37,037 bases of DNA from a virus (IMGVR_UViG_2541047915_000010:1-37037); one strand, 5' to 3'; numbered from the stretch's first letter, positions 1 to 8,544 are shown. Notes: generated by a model not told the origin, from the letters alone. Numbers and translations are program-made.

Positions 1-56
1 GGTATCCGTTCTGCTGAAGTGTCATGGCGTTGATTTTACGGTGACTCTTCGACAGT

Positions 57-84
57 GAAAAGAAAAAAGGCCGCAGAGCGGCCA
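57..84 (-). terminator. Rho-independent terminator (read on minus strand) downstream of int and the 138-aa ORF
   Basis: Perfect 6-bp stem ggccgc / gcggcc (69-74 and 78-83) with a 3-nt loop; on the minus strand it is followed by a T-run (complement of gaaaagaaaaaa at 57-68). Confidence 0.5.
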
Positions 85-189
85 TAAACACAAACAAAAA
101 TCAATAAGTTAGATAATTATCAAAGACTTACAGACACACAAAAACACAGCCAACCACAACAAATAACAGGGATGTGGTCACTTTGTGGA

Positions 190-606
190 TCATTCGCTCC
201 CCTCTTTTTCCTTATTTCGTTGAACGCCAATTGCGACACACGTACTAAGCAAATCTTTACATTTCTCTACATCTTCAGACTTACGCAATTTGATGCTTTT
301 TACAGACTGCGGGCTACTGTCCGTAGCACGATACATCGTTATTTCAATATCATTTCGGTCTAAGAGTCCCATAATGGCTTTTGCAACCTCCACACCCTTC
401 TTCGCGAAATCAAAGAACAGAGCAAGTTTATATGGATTTTCGACGGAAAAAACTTCAATTTTGCTAAAACCAACATCGTGTAGAGAAAAATATTGCTCAA
501 CCTCATCTCGAAGTTCTGGATCGCATACAATGTCTATTCTCCAGTACTGACCTAAATGCAAATCGCTATTAACTGTTTTTTCCACAACATCCTCCTTACC
601 CAGCAA
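190..606 (-). CDS. Hypothetical protein, AT-rich ORF between the prophage end and int (possible cargo gene)
   Basis: 138-aa ORF in the track, co-oriented with int and immediately downstream of it; region is visibly AT-rich; no motif recognised. Confidence 0.4.
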   Translation of the reverse strand: MLGKEDVVEKTVNSDLHLGQYWRIDIVCDPELRDEVEQYFSLHDVGFSKIEVFSVENPYKLALFFDFAKKGVEVAKAIMGLLDRNDIEITMYRATDSSPQSVKSIKLRKSEDVEKCKDLLSTCVAIGVQRNKEKEGSE

Positions 607-1570
607 TAGGATTAAATCTCACCGCATCCTGCAAGTAATCCGGCGCAAGATGGGCATAAATCATCGTTGTCTGAATCTTTGCGTGCCCCAGAATTTTCTG
701 GAGCGTCAGAATATTGCCGCCGTTCATCATGAAATGACTGGCGAAGGTGTGGCGCAGCGCATGAACAGCCTGGCCGTCAGGAACATCAGGTGCGACCGTT
801 TTGATGACATCGCGAACCAATGGATAATCCAGCGTCGGAAACACCAGTTTCCCGCCCCGTTTTTTGATCTTTTCAAACAGGCTTTCAGAAATAGGAACGG
901 TACGGTTTTTGCTGTTCTTCGTTTTTGAAAAAGTGATTCGACAATGAAGAACACGGCGCTGCTCCAGTGCCGCTACCTCGCCCCATCGCGCCCCGGTCGA
1001 CAGAAGGATTTCGACAGCCAGCCGTTCATCGGGATTTTCAGCCAGTGCATCCAGCAACTGAACACATTCAGACTTACTCAGATATCCCATTTCGCGCTCG
1101 TTAACCTTCATTCCTTTAAGGCCTTGAACGGGGTTATCGTTAAGAAAATGGCCGGATGAGATGAGTGCGGTAAACATCGCGCTTAACGCCCCAATCTCTC
1201 GATTAATGGTGCTGGGCTGTATCCCCTGCTCTATCCTGGACACACGTAGCTCGGTGAGCATCGTTGTATTAAGTTTATGCACACACGGGTCATCCATTGC
1301 CTCACTCAAGCGCAGCAATTTAAGGCGCGTGTTATGCCCTGACTTCATTAGCTGGCCGTGGTATTTCCACCACAAGTCAATAAGCACCGACAGCGGACGG
1401 CGATCAATGGAGTTTCCTTTCCACTCATTGTTATGCTGTTGCGCCAGCACCCACCGCTCATATAAAACTGCATCCGATTTCGTTTTAAATTTTTTGCGAA
1501 TGCGTTTGCCTTTACGCCCCTCAGGGCGCATGTCAAGAAGATACCCTCCCGGAATTGATTTTATGCTCAT
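596..1570 (-). CDS. int: Tyrosine integrase (P2/186-type)
   Basis: ORF 596-1720 trimmed to the internal Met at 1570 (MSIKSIPGGYLLDMRPEGRKGKRIRKKF, a typical phage integrase N-terminus); C-terminal catalytic region with HALRHTFASH and an LGH...TMIYAHL tyrosine motif; located next to the C repressor as in P2. Confidence 0.85.
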   Translation of the reverse strand: MSIKSIPGGYLLDMRPEGRKGKRIRKKFKTKSDAVLYERWVLAQQHNNEWKGNSIDRRPLSVLIDLWWKYHGQLMKSGHNTRLKLLRLSEAMDDPCVHKLNTTMLTELRVSRIEQGIQPSTINREIGALSAMFTALISSGHFLNDNPVQGLKGMKVNEREMGYLSKSECVQLLDALAENPDERLAVEILLSTGARWGEVAALEQRRVLHCRITFSKTKNSKNRTVPISESLFEKIKKRGGKLVFPTLDYPLVRDVIKTVAPDVPDGQAVHALRHTFASHFMMNGGNILTLQKILGHAKIQTTMIYAHLAPDYLQDAVRFNPIAG

Positions 1571-1619
1571 TCGTGAAACCCCAGCGTTACAAGACCACCA
1601 TGCCCCCAGCGTTCCATGA

Positions 1620-1928
1620 TTAACCGGGCTGTGTACCAGTCTTGCGGGATTTTTGAGAAGACGATGTGTTTTCTGGCCCATCAGGGGAGAGAGAGGGACT
1701 GATCTGCCCAGCAGCCTCATTTGTTTTTCCCGTCATAAGCCAATTCATGTACTTAAAAAAGCGAGGGTGATTAACAATCTTGATAAGCACTTCGCCCCCT
1801 ATGTTTTCAATCCGCCCCGTTTCATAACGACGCAAAGTGCCGATAGGCACATCAATCAGGCCGCAAAATTCTTCGCGCGTTAAATCCTCTGATTCACGAA
1901 TCACTCTAATTTTTTCACCGATAAGCAT
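1620..1928 (-). CDS. C: Immunity repressor C (HTH, XRE-like)
   Basis: 102 aa, MLIGEKIRVIRESEDLTREEFCGLIDVPIGTLRRYETGR helix-turn-helix; P2 C-like size and position, divergent from the early operon and upstream of int. Confidence 0.8.
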   Translation of the reverse strand: MLIGEKIRVIRESEDLTREEFCGLIDVPIGTLRRYETGRIENIGGEVLIKIVNHPRFFKYMNWLMTGKTNEAAGQISPSLSPDGPENTSSSQKSRKTGTQPG

Positions 1929-2024
1929 TGACAGTGTTCCTATAAGTACACTAAGCTTGCGCGCAAGGTGTACTTATAAGTACACCAAGTCACAAACAAC
2001 CACAGATAGCGCAGGTTATCACAC
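1929..2024. promoter_or_regulatory. Immunity switch region: divergent Pc/Pe promoters with repeated operator half-sites
   Basis: Lies between divergent C and the first early gene; tataagtacac occurs at 1941-1951 and 1975-1985, and gtgtacttataagtacac (1968-1985) is an 18-bp palindrome; TTGACA at 1928-1933. Confidence 0.5.
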
Positions 2025-2303
2025 ATGGCAAAAGTCCTGAACACACACGAACAGGCAGACTTTGAGCGTTTAGCAGCGTTCTATCCCTACCGCGATGAGC
2101 ATGGGTTACCAGTACTTGAAGAAAGCCTGAAAGATTACGCAAAGCGTACCAACCAAGCTGTTAACACAGTGAAAAGACAGGCTGACAGAGGTTCAATTCC
2201 CATCAACCAGGATGAAAAGAACTCAAGACGCACAGTAAATCTCTTCGCTCTTTTCCTGAAAACAATCAGGAGCGCAGAAAAATACGTGCAGATGACAAAA
2301 TAA
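2025..2303 (+). CDS. Cox/Apl-like early regulator (first gene of the lytic operon; assigned by position)
   Basis: 92-aa ORF immediately rightward of the operator region, as for P2 cox / 186 apl; sequence itself not recognised with confidence. Confidence 0.4.
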   Translation: MAKVLNTHEQADFERLAAFYPYRDEHGLPVLEESLKDYAKRTNQAVNTVKRQADRGSIPINQDEKNSRRTVNLFALFLKTIRSAEKYVQMTK

Positions 2304-2317
2304 CGAGGTGTCATTTT

Positions 2318-2656
2318 ATGCTGAAGCAACGCCGTAATTTTCGTACCGGAACAGAACGCCACGCTAACCGTTTCACTACCAGTGCATCACGCAGCAACAT
2401 CCGCTACAGCCTGAGTGATACACACGCAACGCCGGATGGCTACCCAGTAAAACAAATCGGCGAGCACGCCTGGCTGATTGAGAAAGCTGGAATCGTGATC
2501 CACAAATGCCCACGCAATCCGTTTACCGGAAACCGCATTTTTGCATTGAGCTGTGGTGACAATCAGTTCGGGCAGGATTTCACATTATACGAAGCACTTC
2601 GCACGGTTGATCGTCTGCTTCGCGGGCAAAGTTTTATTAAACAGGCTGATTTATAA
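2318..2656 (+). CDS. Hypothetical early-operon protein
   Basis: 112-aa ORF with a GAGG RBS a few nt upstream of the ATG at 2318; no motif recognised. Confidence 0.45.
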   Translation: MLKQRRNFRTGTERHANRFTTSASRSNIRYSLSDTHATPDGYPVKQIGEHAWLIEKAGIVIHKCPRNPFTGNRIFALSCGDNQFGQDFTLYEALRTVDRLLRGQSFIKQADL

Positions 2657-2666
2657 CAGGTGCTTT

Positions 2667-2954
2667 ATGACCAAAGACCATGCACAAGGTGTATTTATCC
2701 GTTTTATTGATTTTCGCGGTGAACTGTTATTACGTGCATCCGCTATTGACGGAGTGACTCCGGCGGGTAAAAACGGAGCCGACGAAGCCACTTACGTTTA
2801 TCTGAACGGCACGCGACTGCTTGCGGAACTTCCGTACCAGACCGTACGAGAAATCATTAGCGAAGCTGAAAAGGCACGCCAGGTTAATGGCGATGAACCC
2901 TATATCGAAATTATTTGTATGGATTCAGAAGCTGAAATACAGAAAGCAGATTAA
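2667..2954 (+). CDS. Hypothetical early-operon protein
   Basis: ORF 2553-2954 trimmed to the ATG at 2667, just after the upstream stop; 95 aa. Confidence 0.4.
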   Translation: MTKDHAQGVFIRFIDFRGELLLRASAIDGVTPAGKNGADEATYVYLNGTRLLAELPYQTVREIISEAEKARQVNGDEPYIEIICMDSEAEIQKAD

Positions 2955-2962
2955 AGGGCGTT

Positions 2963-3208
2963 GTGATGGGCAAAGAATATAAAACTCTCATTAACAAAGC
3001 ACTTGAGCGTTTTTATTTTCGCTTAAGTGCATCTGGCGCTCATGCTGAACGTGCGGCCCGTGACTCATTGACCAGAGCAATCCGAAGTCTGTATGACGTG
3101 GCTTTTTACGCTGATGATCTGGATGCACTTAACGAACTTTCCGAGCTGATCTGTGCCGCAGAATGCGGGGAACATATTGAACCGTATAAGCTGGGAAATA
3201 TCGCATGA
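2963..3208 (+). CDS. Hypothetical early-operon protein
   Basis: 81-aa ORF in series with the early genes. Confidence 0.4.
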   Translation: MMGKEYKTLINKALERFYFRLSASGAHAERAARDSLTRAIRSLYDVAFYADDLDALNELSELICAAECGEHIEPYKLGNIA

Positions 3209-3318
3209 GTATATTTATCTCATGGCTTGTTCTGATTATTTCGGTGGTCTGCGCCATTGGGATTATGCGAATTATTAATTCAGTAAAAAAGATTGAACGC
3301 TTTTTCACTGAAGAATAA
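3205..3318 (+). CDS. Small hydrophobic peptide (37 aa, single predicted TM helix)
   Basis: ATG at 3205 overlaps the upstream stop (ATGA); translation MSIFISWLVLIISVVCAIGIMRIINSVKKIERFFTEE; below the ORF-track size cutoff. Confidence 0.3.
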   Translation: MSIFISWLVLIISVVCAIGIMRIINSVKKIERFFTEE

Positions 3319-3404
3319 CCGCGCAAATAAGCCCCCAGGTTAAATAAGAAAATGTGAAAACAATCCGCATTCGCGGAGGTATTCGCACACGCCAAGGAGG
3401 CGTA

Positions 3405-3608
3405 ATGGCAATTAAGCATTTTCCTGTCGTTCGTTTCACCTCCAGAGGACGTGAATACGAAGTTGACGAACGCCTGATTACCACAATCGACAAACACCGT
3501 TCAGAAAAGGATGCACATCACATCTATCTCACTGACGGCACTTACTTCTGCGCCACCAACGTGGTGCAGGTGAATCTTATCAGACAGGTACAGGAGTCAC
3601 GCAGATGA
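3405..3608 (+). CDS. Hypothetical early-operon protein
   Basis: ORF 3354-3608 trimmed to the ATG at 3405, which is preceded by an AAGGAGG RBS; 67 aa. Confidence 0.45.
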   Translation: MAIKHFPVVRFTSRGREYEVDERLITTIDKHRSEKDAHHIYLTDGTYFCATNVVQVNLIRQVQESRR

Positions 3609-3850
3609 CCATTCTGGACTACATCGCTGCCAATCCGGGTTGTAGCGGTGGAGAAATCGCCGCAGCACTGAATACACCAACCACAACCATTAATGCGGAG
3701 CTACGCCGTCTCTGGCGCAGCGGTTCAGTCATAAGAAAAGAGCGCAAAACAGGCGGTCGCTTTTCTTATCAGGTAAACCCGATGCCGTTTGGGTGTAGCA
3801 ACCCACTAACCCAGATGTTCAACCAGCTACTGAGGGAAATCAGAGCATGA
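3605..3850 (+). CDS. Putative winged-helix DNA-binding protein
   Basis: 81 aa; start overlaps the upstream stop; GCSGGEIAAALNTPTTTINAELRRLWRSGSVIRKERKTGGRFSYQ resembles a wHTH fold. Confidence 0.45.
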   Translation: MTILDYIAANPGCSGGEIAAALNTPTTTINAELRRLWRSGSVIRKERKTGGRFSYQVNPMPFGCSNPLTQMFNQLLREIRA

Positions 3851-3991
3851 GCACCTCCAACTGCCGGAAACCACGTCGGGCTTCAGCAGCTCATCCGGCA
3901 GCAAAACAAACTCCATTAATTCCTGTTCCGGGCCTTTCCTGCACCTTGTGGCGGGAGGCCTTCGCACATCTGTAACAAGAGGATTGCCGCA

Positions 3992-4357
3992 ATGATTCTC
4001 GCCAACGACTTTCTTGAATACCTGCTCAACACAGAGCGTGATCTTGCCGTTCGCGTGCGTGAACGTTATGACATGTACCTGAAATCCCTGCCTGTACCGC
4101 AGCTCGCTGACGGAAAGATTGTTATTGATGGTCGCTACATGATTGACAGCCACGAGGGAAATTACAGGCTTTACCGCATTGAAGGTGGCACCCCGTCCGT
4201 TATTGGCATTTACCAGCGCCCATCCTCTGCAATCGTCGATGTGATTGCCGACAGCATCCGCATCACACATCGCCATGCCGACACAGAAGACACCGTGCTG
4301 GAAATTCAGCGGCTGGCTACAGTCTGCCGCGACACCCTGAATGGCATGACGAAGTAA
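3992..4357 (+). CDS. Hypothetical early-operon protein
   Basis: 121-aa ORF with an AAGAGGA RBS upstream; no motif recognised. Confidence 0.45.
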   Translation: MILANDFLEYLLNTERDLAVRVRERYDMYLKSLPVPQLADGKIVIDGRYMIDSHEGNYRLYRIEGGTPSVIGIYQRPSSAIVDVIADSIRITHRHADTEDTVLEIQRLATVCRDTLNGMTK

Positions 4358-4363
4358 ATCACT

Positions 4364-7186
4364 ATGACGGCAGAGTACATCAGGGACTGGCAACAACCGC
4401 GCCACGCAGTGGGGCGTGAAGGAACGGGGATCCCCGCTCCTGAATCCGCGCTTTCCTCCTGGCTGGATGCCTACCGGGCAGAGAACGAGCACCGCCAGGA
4501 AATGGCTGATGCGGCGTTCTCCGCCACGCCGCTGGGCAACCTGATTAATAAAAGCCTGGACGCACAGGAAAAACAGGACAAAACCATCACACTGGCAGGA
4601 GACGCCAGAAAACAGGCACGCGGCGCGGTGGATGAAGCCATGGCCTCGCTGCGCCTGCTGCCGTCCTATCTGCGCGATCCGCTTATTCGCCACCTCTCCT
4701 TCCTGCGCAAAAAACAGGAAGCCGATCGTCAGAAAGGAAAAAACGCCAGGCAGGCAGAACGCTATGCGCGTGGGACCCTGCGCAAAATATTCGAACGTCT
4801 GGAGCGCACCGATCACCGCTGGCTGACACCGGGTTATCGCTCCCTTGCCGGACGCGAACGCCTGGACGATTTGCTTTACCTGCCGCAGCTCAACAAACAC
4901 CAGATAAAGACGCTGGCAACCATGACGGCGGCGATGTTCAGCAGCACCTTCGAAAAACTCTGCGATGGCTTTGGCGCGACCGATGGCGAGCTGACCATGG
5001 ATGTAACCCTGAAGGCGTATCAGATGCTGGCCCGCATGGCGTTACACCTGCACGCCATGCCTCCACATTATGACGCACTGACAACAGACAAAGACCGGAG
5101 GAACGAACCGGACACGGAGCTGCTGCCGGGCGCAATCCTTCGCCTGACCTGTGCGGAATGGTGGAAACGCAAACTGTGGCTGTTACGTTGCGAGTGGAGA
5201 GAAGAACAACTCCGCGCCGCCTGTCTGGTTTCCAGAAAAACATCGCCCTATCTGAGCCAGGACGCGTTAAGCGAGTTTCGCGCACAGCGCGAGAAAACAC
5301 GCGATTTCCTGAAAAGTTTCATGCTGGAAAACGAAGACGGGTTCACGATTGATCTCGAGACAGTGTATTACGCGGGAGTAAGTAACCCGGTTCACCGTAA
5401 GGCAGAAATGATGGCCACCATGAAGGGACTGGAACTTCTGGCCGAAGCCCGTGGCGACAGAGCGGTGTTTCTGACTGTCACCTGCCCGTCAAAATACCAC
5501 GCAACAACGGAGAACGGTCATCCGAACCCCAAATGGAACGGGGCCACCATGCGCGACTCCAGCGATTACCTGGTTAACACGTTTTTTGCGGCGGTCCGCA
5601 AAAAACTGAACCGCGACGGCCTGCGCTGGTATGGCATCCGCACGGTGGAGCCTCACCATGACGGCACCGTGCACTGGCATATGATGGTCTTTGCTCATCC
5701 GGAAGAAATCGACAGCATCGTGACCATCACCCGCGATATTGCCATTCAGGAAGACCGCCACGAGCTGGGCAATGATATTACTCCGCGCTTTAAGGTGGAG
5801 TACGTCGACGGCACCAAAGGCACGCCAACCAGCTACATCGCCACCTACATCGGAAAAAACCTGGACAGCCGCGCCGTGGATGGCATCGACCCGAAAACGG
5901 GCAAACCACGCGTTGACCACGAAACCGGAAAATCAATGGCCGAGAGCGTGGAGCGCGCCATCGGTTGGGCACGCCTTCACCGGGTCCGCCAGTTCCAGTT
6001 CTTTGGCATCCCCTCCCGTCAGGTGTGGCGTGAACTCCGCCGCCTTGCCAGCCAGATGGCACGCAACCCGGAAGGCCCGCAACGGCTGAAGGATGACGCA
6101 ATGGATGCGGTACTCGCTGCCGCTGATGCCGGATGTTTTGCCACCTACATAGAGAAACAGGGCGGCGTACTTGTTCCACGCAAAGACTACCTGATTCGCA
6201 CCGCCTACGACCTCGCCGATGAGCTGAACGATTACGGCGAACAGAGTGTACAGATTTACGGGATCTGGTCACCACTCATCGGGGAATCCTCCCGTGTGTG
6301 CACGCACCCGGATAACTGGAAGCTGGTAAGACGTAAACCGGAACAGGAAGGCAGCGCCCACGAAAATGGTTTTGACCTTCAGGGCGGCCCTGCCGCCCCT
6401 TGGACTCGTGGCAATAACTGTCCCCGTGTACAGGAAACGGACAACAACGGGACAGAACAGCCGGAAGAACGGCCAGCACCGTGGCCGCAGCTCCCTGACA
6501 GCGTTGAAGTGAACGAATGGATGCGCTCACTAAAACGGCACGAACGCCGGGCGCTGATGCGTTCGCTTCGTGACAAACAGGCAAAAAACAGCAGTGATGA
6601 AATGCAGAGCTGGACACAGAGCCGCAAACAGCAGCGGCCTTTGCCTGATAACCACGAATTACTCGCTAAAGAATGGCGGGAGTCTGCTGAATCTCTCGGC
6701 CTGCATATCGGTGAACAGCAGATGCAGCACCTGTTACGGGGCGGCAGTCTGTACGTTGACGGCAGCATCATTGCACCGCAGGGATTTGAAATTGTACGCA
6801 AACCGGATACCCGCCCGGACAGCCGAATCACGCAGCTCTGGCAGCGCCTGAGCCGTAACCACGGCGTAAGCAGTACGGAGATCCGCCATAACCCGGTCGC
6901 CAGCTATCTGGAACAGCTGGGGACATTAGACCCCGAAGCCGCCGCACGCCTGGCATCCACACTTCAGCAAGACCAGAACACCATGAAAACACCCGTTACC
7001 GTGCTTTCTGACATGCTGCGCGCCATCCGCGACGCAGAGCACGCACAGAGAATCAGTGAAACCACTGAACGCGCCCGCCGCAAAGCAGACCTGCTGCGGG
7101 GTGGCCTGACCAGTGGAAACAAAAAACAGACAGAAACGGGATTCACAAATCCCGTAAATGAGCAAAAAACGCGCCGCGATATATGA
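4364..7186 (+). CDS. A: Rolling-circle replication initiator / nicking endonuclease (P2 gpA family)
   Basis: 940 aa; HUH motif region GTVHWHMMVF and tyrosine pair in TSYIATYIGKNLD, as in P2 A; position after the early genes. About 180 aa longer at the C-terminus than P2 A as I recall it. Confidence 0.85.
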   Translation: MTAEYIRDWQQPRHAVGREGTGIPAPESALSSWLDAYRAENEHRQEMADAAFSATPLGNLINKSLDAQEKQDKTITLAGDARKQARGAVDEAMASLRLLPSYLRDPLIRHLSFLRKKQEADRQKGKNARQAERYARGTLRKIFERLERTDHRWLTPGYRSLAGRERLDDLLYLPQLNKHQIKTLATMTAAMFSSTFEKLCDGFGATDGELTMDVTLKAYQMLARMALHLHAMPPHYDALTTDKDRRNEPDTELLPGAILRLTCAEWWKRKLWLLRCEWREEQLRAACLVSRKTSPYLSQDALSEFRAQREKTRDFLKSFMLENEDGFTIDLETVYYAGVSNPVHRKAEMMATMKGLELLAEARGDRAVFLTVTCPSKYHATTENGHPNPKWNGATMRDSSDYLVNTFFAAVRKKLNRDGLRWYGIRTVEPHHDGTVHWHMMVFAHPEEIDSIVTITRDIAIQEDRHELGNDITPRFKVEYVDGTKGTPTSYIATYIGKNLDSRAVDGIDPKTGKPRVDHETGKSMAESVERAIGWARLHRVRQFQFFGIPSRQVWRELRRLASQMARNPEGPQRLKDDAMDAVLAAADAGCFATYIEKQGGVLVPRKDYLIRTAYDLADELNDYGEQSVQIYGIWSPLIGESSRVCTHPDNWKLVRRKPEQEGSAHENGFDLQGGPAAPWTRGNNCPRVQETDNNGTEQPEERPAPWPQLPDSVEVNEWMRSLKRHERRALMRSLRDKQAKNSSDEMQSWTQSRKQQRPLPDNHELLAKEWRESAESLGLHIGEQQMQHLLRGGSLYVDGSIIAPQGFEIVRKPDTRPDSRITQLWQRLSRNHGVSSTEIRHNPVASYLEQLGTLDPEAAARLASTLQQDQNTMKTPVTVLSDMLRAIRDAEHAQRISETTERARRKADLLRGGLTSGNKKQTETGFTNPVNEQKTRRDI

Positions 7187-7232
7187 AGCGCGCATAAAAC
7201 AGGCAAAAACGGGATTTCAGAATCCCGTAAAC
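7135..7232. promoter_or_regulatory. Two copies of a 20-bp palindrome upstream of parM (candidate parC centromere/operator)
   Basis: acgggattcacaaatcccgt (7137-7155) and acgggatttcagaatcccgt (7211-7230), each within a repeated caaaaacgggatt...atcccgtaaa context, flanking an AT-rich stretch (atatat at 7179-7184). Confidence 0.4.
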
Positions 7233-7262
7233 GATTAATTAATCAACATAAGGAAAAGCGAC

Positions 7263-8222
7263 ATGAAAATTTGTATCGACGACGGCTCCACCAACATCAA
7301 GCTGGCATGGACTGAGAACGGCGAACGCCGCAACGCCATCAGCCCGAACAGCTTCAAGTCGGAATGGTCTGCGCCGTTCGGTGGCACGCAGCCCGCGAAC
7401 TACATGCTTGATGGCGTGCGCTATGGTTTTGATCCGGTCAGCGATCGCTTTGTCCAGACGACCGACACGCAATACCAGTACAGCGATGTGAATGTCATTG
7501 CCATTCATCACGCGCTGGTCAAATCAGGCATCACACCACAGGAGGTGGATGTGGTTGTCACCCTGCCACTGAGCGAGTATTTCGACACAAACGCACAGCC
7601 GGACATGGCCAACATCAACCGCAAAAAAGCGAACGTTATGCGCCCGGTGGAGTACCAGAACGGCGAGGCATTCACTATCCGTAACGTGCGGGTTATGCCT
7701 GAGTCCATTCCGGCTGGCTTTAAGGCACTGGCTGACATGAGTCCGTTTGAATCCCTGCTGATTGTGGATTTGGGCGGAACCACGCTGGATGTGGCAAAGG
7801 TTCAGGGGCAACTGGCAGGTATCAGCCAGGTGTTTTGCGATCCACACGTAGGCGTTTCTCTGATGGCCGATGCCGTACTGTCAGTGATGGCCACTAACGG
7901 TATGCGCACCAGTCACCACATCGCCAATACCATTATCGAACATCGCCATGATGAAGCCTGGCTGCGCCAGCACATCCACAATGACGCGCATTACGCCAGC
8001 CTGATGGCGGTTATTCGTGAAAAGGAAGAAACACTGAAACAACGCGTGATCCGCGCGCTGGCGGTTTTTTCGGGTTACGGGCGGGTGATGGTTGTCGGTG
8101 GAGGGGCGGAGATTGTGGCACCCGCTATCCGCGAAGCCTGCGGAGTTAATGCGACTTTCATCGCGGACGGGGTGCCACAGTTTGCTCTGGTTAATGGGCT
8201 GTACGCAATGGACAAGGAGTAA
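7263..8222 (+). CDS. parM: Actin-like segregation ATPase ParM/StbA (type II partition)
   Basis: 319 aa; N-terminal phosphate-1 motif MKICIDDGSTNIKLAW and DLGGTTLD, VGGGAE motifs; strong collinear similarity to plasmid R1 ParM as I recall it; RBS AAGGAAA upstream. Confidence 0.85.
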   Translation: MKICIDDGSTNIKLAWTENGERRNAISPNSFKSEWSAPFGGTQPANYMLDGVRYGFDPVSDRFVQTTDTQYQYSDVNVIAIHHALVKSGITPQEVDVVVTLPLSEYFDTNAQPDMANINRKKANVMRPVEYQNGEAFTIRNVRVMPESIPAGFKALADMSPFESLLIVDLGGTTLDVAKVQGQLAGISQVFCDPHVGVSLMADAVLSVMATNGMRTSHHIANTIIEHRHDEAWLRQHIHNDAHYASLMAVIREKEETLKQRVIRALAVFSGYGRVMVVGGGAEIVAPAIREACGVNATFIADGVPQFALVNGLYAMDKE

Positions 8223-8226
8223 ACCA

Positions 8227-8538
8227 ATGACGACACCAACCAGACGGATAAGTTTCTATCTGAAGCCTGCGGCCGTCAAGAACGAAAGCGAAGCATGCGC
8301 CTGGCTGGACAGCCTTACACCAGAAGCCCGCAAAAGCGGCCAACGCGTGGCTTTTCTGGCCGGGCTGGCACTTCTGAAAATGAATCCAGCAGAGGCTTAC
8401 CGACTGGCTGCATGGGCTGACGATGAGGCGTTATCAGTGACACAAACCAGGACAGAATGCCCCGCGTCACAGCCAGTATCAACCGCACAGATAACCAGTC
8501 AGATGGCCGGAAATATCCGGGCGTTATTTCCCGAATAA
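8227..8538 (+). CDS. parR: ParR/StbB-like centromere-binding adaptor
   Basis: ORF 8092-8538 trimmed to the ATG at 8227 (AAGGAG RBS 8 nt upstream); 103 aa; RRISFYLKPAAVKNESEACAWLDSLTPEARKSGQRVAFLAGLAL parallels the R1 ParR N-terminal RHH region; directly downstream of parM. Confidence 0.75.
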   Translation: MTTPTRRISFYLKPAAVKNESEACAWLDSLTPEARKSGQRVAFLAGLALLKMNPAEAYRLAAWADDEALSVTQTRTECPASQPVSTAQITSQMAGNIRALFPE

Positions 8539-8544
8539 CACAAC

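Noticed and set aside
3827-4900. 357-aa minus-strand ORF
   Set aside because: It lies antisense to the well-supported A gene and to early-operon ORFs in GC-rich DNA, has no RBS context, and is a typical shadow ORF.
5489-6831. Several 110-160-aa minus-strand ORFs inside gene A
   Set aside because: They are antisense to A with Arg/Cys/Gly-rich nonsense composition; not independent genes.
8092-8226. Upstream extension of the parR ORF
   Set aside because: It overlaps the 3' end of parM and has no RBS; the ATG at 8227 has an AAGGAG RBS and matches the ParR N-terminus.
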